The position numbers and the translations under genes are program-made. The notes under the pieces are model-generated. The model had not been told where the DNA came from and did no database searches. It was given only the letters and a program-made list of their open reading frames with translations. A DNA stretch of 55,185 bases from Parcubacteria group bacterium Greene1014_15 (GTDB lineage: Bacteria; Patescibacteriota; Minisyncoccia; Phycocordibacterales; VMGT01): the NCBI GenBank assembly GCA_007376725.1, contig VMGT01000001.1, positions 1-55,185 on the forward strand, in the 5' to 3' direction. Positions within the stretch are counted from its first letter, which is position 1. Each line of letters opens with the position of its first letter. Positions 53,429 through 55,185 of this stretch are shown here, in pieces.

Positions 53429-53475
53429 TATTAGTGAGTTTGCTACGCTATCATCATATTTGGCATTCGCCACGA

Positions 53476-53496
53476 CTCCGCCCCAAAAGGGCGGAG
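53476..53496. other. Short GC-rich hairpin between the pemK-like stop and the GT4 start
   Basis: CTCCGCCC (53476-53483), a 5-nt loop, GGGCGGAG (53489-53496). No U tract on either strand, so terminator function is doubtful. Confidence 0.3.
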
Positions 53497-53498
53497 GT

Positions 53499-53888
53499 CT
53501 ATATATGAAGCTCCAGAAAGGCCTTTTTTATGTTACGATAATCATTGCTATCAACTTTTCCAACTAATTCTTTCAGTCTTTTGTAATTGATAATTCTTGT
53601 TTGCGACAATACCGCTGTCTGTTTTTTGCCATTATGAAGAAAGGTAAAGTACCATGTACCTTCTTTGGTTTTGGTTGTTAATGGAACAGCCAAGAATGAA
53701 AATTTGTCATATTTCTTCAGTATAAGAACTGGTCTTGTGAAAAAATCTCCTTTCCCATTCATTTCTGTTCCAATATTTTTGCCAAAATAACTCCACCAAA
53801 TCTCTCCTTCTTTAAAAAGAGGTGGAGTATGTTCTTTCGTATGTAATTTTTCTTTCAACCCTATCCACTCAAGAAATTCTTTGATCAT
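53499..53888 (-). CDS. PemK/MazF-family toxin-like protein (mRNA-interferase fold), no cognate antitoxin gene seen
   Basis: 129 aa. GEIWWSYFGKNIGTEMNGKGDFFTRPVLIL...SFLAVPLTTKTK...AVLSQTRIINYKRL fits the PemK/MazF pattern G.I....F....G.E..G.RP.L.L....(P)(L/I)T(T/S)....V...Q.R.I...RL. Confidence 0.8.
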   Translation of the reverse strand: MIKEFLEWIGLKEKLHTKEHTPPLFKEGEIWWSYFGKNIGTEMNGKGDFFTRPVLILKKYDKFSFLAVPLTTKTKEGTWYFTFLHNGKKQTAVLSQTRIINYKRLKELVGKVDSNDYRNIKKAFLELHI

Positions 53889-53908
53889 ATATTTTCATTA
53901 TTTGCACG

Positions 53909-53992
53909 AGTAACTCCTCACACTCTTCGGAAAATCCGCCCCATATCCCTCCATTGCAAAAGGATGGGGGATTTGAGGTGTGAGGAGTTACT
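53909..53992. other. 84-nt hairpin in the pemK-like 5' leader
   Basis: AGTAACTCCTCACAC (53909-53923) is the exact reverse complement of GTGTGAGGAGTTACT (53978-53992). There is inner pairing of AAATCCGCCCCAT with ATGGGGGATTT. It is flanked by the direct repeat TTGCACGA. On the minus strand it contains a possible 18-codon ORF (53954-53898, MEGYGADFPKSVRSYSCK). Confidence 0.6.
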
Positions 53993-54040
53993 TGCACGAT
54001 ATTTGACATACTAGCACAAAAGTGCTAAACATAAAAGCAG

Positions 54041-54138
54041 GAGCCTATCCACTATCTAATGCCTAGACGAATTTTGGACATTTTGGCAGACAAGCTATCT
54101 TTTGCTTCATATTTTGCGGTTAGATAGTGGATAGGCTC
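54041..54138. repeat. MITE-like element D (internally deleted copy of C)
   Basis: Perfect 19-bp terminal inverted repeats GAGCCTATCCACTATCTAA (54041-54059) and TTAGATAGTGGATAGGCTC (54120-54138). The interior GAATTTTGGACATTTTGGCAGACAAGCTATCTTTTGCTTCATATTTTGCGG is nearly colinear with the right half of copy C. Confidence 0.88.
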
Positions 54139-54176
54139 TAAGATTCGTTGACCTACGTATACAGGGAGTATAACTT

Positions 54177-54494
54177 GTGGCAAAATTTGAAGTAAGGGCT
54201 GGTAGTACTCATCAGGAACCGATTTATATTATCGAGGCAGATAATACGAGCCACGTCAATACGCTGATACAGCGTCATCTGGTAAAAACAACCGGAGGAA
54301 AGCTTAGTCGTCTCGTCGCATTCTTTTTTCCTCCAAAAATCCTCGCCTCGGAACTGGAGTCACATTCGTATGTGTTTGCTCAAAAAGAGTCCGTGCACCC
54401 ACTTCTCCACGATACCTTCTACACATGCGGTAGATTCGTGGATGTTGCATTCCAAGGAAAGCACTTTGAGTACATTGTGAACAGATTGCCGTAG
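54177..54494 (+). CDS. Hypothetical protein (105 aa)
   Basis: GTG start, preceded by AGGGAG with an 8-nt spacer. I recognise no motifs. Confidence 0.5.
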   Translation: MAKFEVRAGSTHQEPIYIIEADNTSHVNTLIQRHLVKTTGGKLSRLVAFFFPPKILASELESHSYVFAQKESVHPLLHDTFYTCGRFVDVAFQGKHFEYIVNRLP

Positions 54495-54534
54495 TTCACA
54501 AATTCACCATAGTCCACACAAAGAGGAGATTGCT

Positions 54535-55029
54535 TTGGATCTTACAAATGTCAAGACACACGCCTTACTAAAAGAATTGCTTGCGCGCAAAGATCTCATC
54601 AACGAACAAGGTATGACGGTGTATCCAGAAGGATACTCGCTCATCACCAAAATGACACCACTTCCGTGCACCGATGGCGTGCCTGTGCGCATGCGGCAAG
54701 ATGGCACCGTCGAGGGAGCACTCATCGTTCGAGGCAGCGGATTCTACAAAGGAAAGTACACCATGATCGGCGGCCGTGTTGCGTACGGACGTACGCTTGC
54801 GAGTGCCCTCAAAGCTCACTTCAAAACCGATCTCGGGGTACAACTTCAAATGCTTTCTGATTGGACTCATCCTGACTTTGTGTTTCAATACTTTCCCCAA
54901 AAACAAGAGGGTTGCGGTCTCACGGCGGGCAAGAAGCACTCGGACTTCAGTGGTTTTCTTTTCGAAATCGTCCACCATCAGATGAATTCGGATACAATCA
55001 TGACGTGTCGTGGACAACATGTCTTTTGA
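54535..55029 (+). CDS. Hypothetical protein (164 aa), possibly a degenerate Nudix-like fold
   Basis: TTG start, preceded by GAGGAG with a 6-nt spacer. IGGRVAYGRTLASALKAHFKTDLGV loosely resembles a Nudix box (GGx5Ex7REUxEExGU) but lacks the catalytic glutamates. The antisense 195-aa ORF looks non-coding. Confidence 0.45.
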   Translation: MDLTNVKTHALLKELLARKDLINEQGMTVYPEGYSLITKMTPLPCTDGVPVRMRQDGTVEGALIVRGSGFYKGKYTMIGGRVAYGRTLASALKAHFKTDLGVQLQMLSDWTHPDFVFQYFPQKQEGCGLTAGKKHSDFSGFLFEIVHHQMNSDTIMTCRGQHVF

Positions 55030-55094
55030 AAGCCATGCGCAGTCCGGACATACGGCGATTGCTTCCTTTGGTTGATTAAGCCTCGCTCCATCAG

Positions 55095-55128
55095 ACGGAC
55101 GCACCAAACGTGCGTCCGTTATCTTTTC
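55095..55128 (+). terminator. Intrinsic terminator after 54535-55029
   Basis: ACGGACGCAC (55095-55104), loop CAAAC, GTGCGTCCGT (55110-55119): a perfect 10-bp GC-rich stem followed by TATCTTTTC. Confidence 0.7.
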
Positions 55129-55185
55129 ATACGACAGAGAGTATCTATTTCTCAAGAGAAAAAACGATAGTATCCGGATTCGCAG

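Noticed and set aside
14458-54138. Repeated elements B, C and D as a CRISPR array or CRISPR remnants.
   Set aside because: The copies are dispersed singly tens of kb apart. Each is itself a long palindrome with terminal inverted repeats. There is no repeat-spacer periodicity and no cas genes.
54568-55155. 195-aa minus-strand ORF overlapping 54535-55029.
   Set aside because: The plus-strand ORF has a strong GAGGAG SD at the correct spacing and a downstream plus-strand terminator. The minus-strand translation looks like antisense noise and would run through that terminator hairpin. Confidence in either reading remains moderate.

Overview
The window uses the standard genetic code (TGA is a stop, e.g. 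neuB and IS orfA). It probably comes from an uncultivated bacterium, but taxon cannot be set from sequence alone.

Left edge: the 5' part of secA lies on the minus strand at 1-1058. The ORF track misses it because it runs off the window. murB is at 1855-2892. The secA-murB spacer holds a ~210-nt element closed by a perfect 19-bp stem, a bidirectional hairpin terminator, a 24-aa Lys/Arg-rich ORF and a nested palindrome with 34-bp arms. Next come an FkbM-type methyltransferase that ends just before an IS3-family insertion sequence (orfA/orfB joined across an A9 tract, with orfB in the +1 frame), and a long-hairpin repeat.

From about 5.7 to 53.5 kb there is one very large glycan-biosynthesis locus. 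It is almost entirely on the minus strand, and many genes overlap by 4 nt (ATGA). It contains:
- an O-antigen-ligase-like/TPR membrane protein;
- a NeuC/NeuB/NeuA sialic-acid-type module;
- a second NeuB-like/NeuA-like pair with a CBS-fused nucleotide-sugar dehydrogenase;
- a GDP-D-glycero-D-manno-heptose module (GmhA, HddA, HddC);
- two DegT aminotransferases and two SDR epimerase/dehydratases;
- a formyltransferase, a deacetylase and an AsnB-type amidotransferase;
- six methyltransferases and a PhyH-like dioxygenase;
- an LtaS/sulfatase-like enzyme and a Wzx-like flippase;
- GtrA, a GT2 and a GT-C-like protein;
- three GT4 paralogs.

The most notable content is five divergent paralogs of an uncharacterised ~440-463 aa GT-B/TagF-like family. 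The three long (>70 bp) spacers inside the co-directional gene arrays from 9.4 to 53.5 kb are each filled by a long palindromic element. These include a MITE-like family with shared termini CCTATCCACTATCTAA / TTAGATAGTGGATAGG, with copies at 14.46, 49.46 and 54.04 kb and a divergent copy at 5.41 kb.

Right edge: an orphan PemK/MazF-type toxin preceded by a structured leader, two small plus-strand genes of unknown function, and a terminator. I recognised no rRNA, tRNA or CRISPR.
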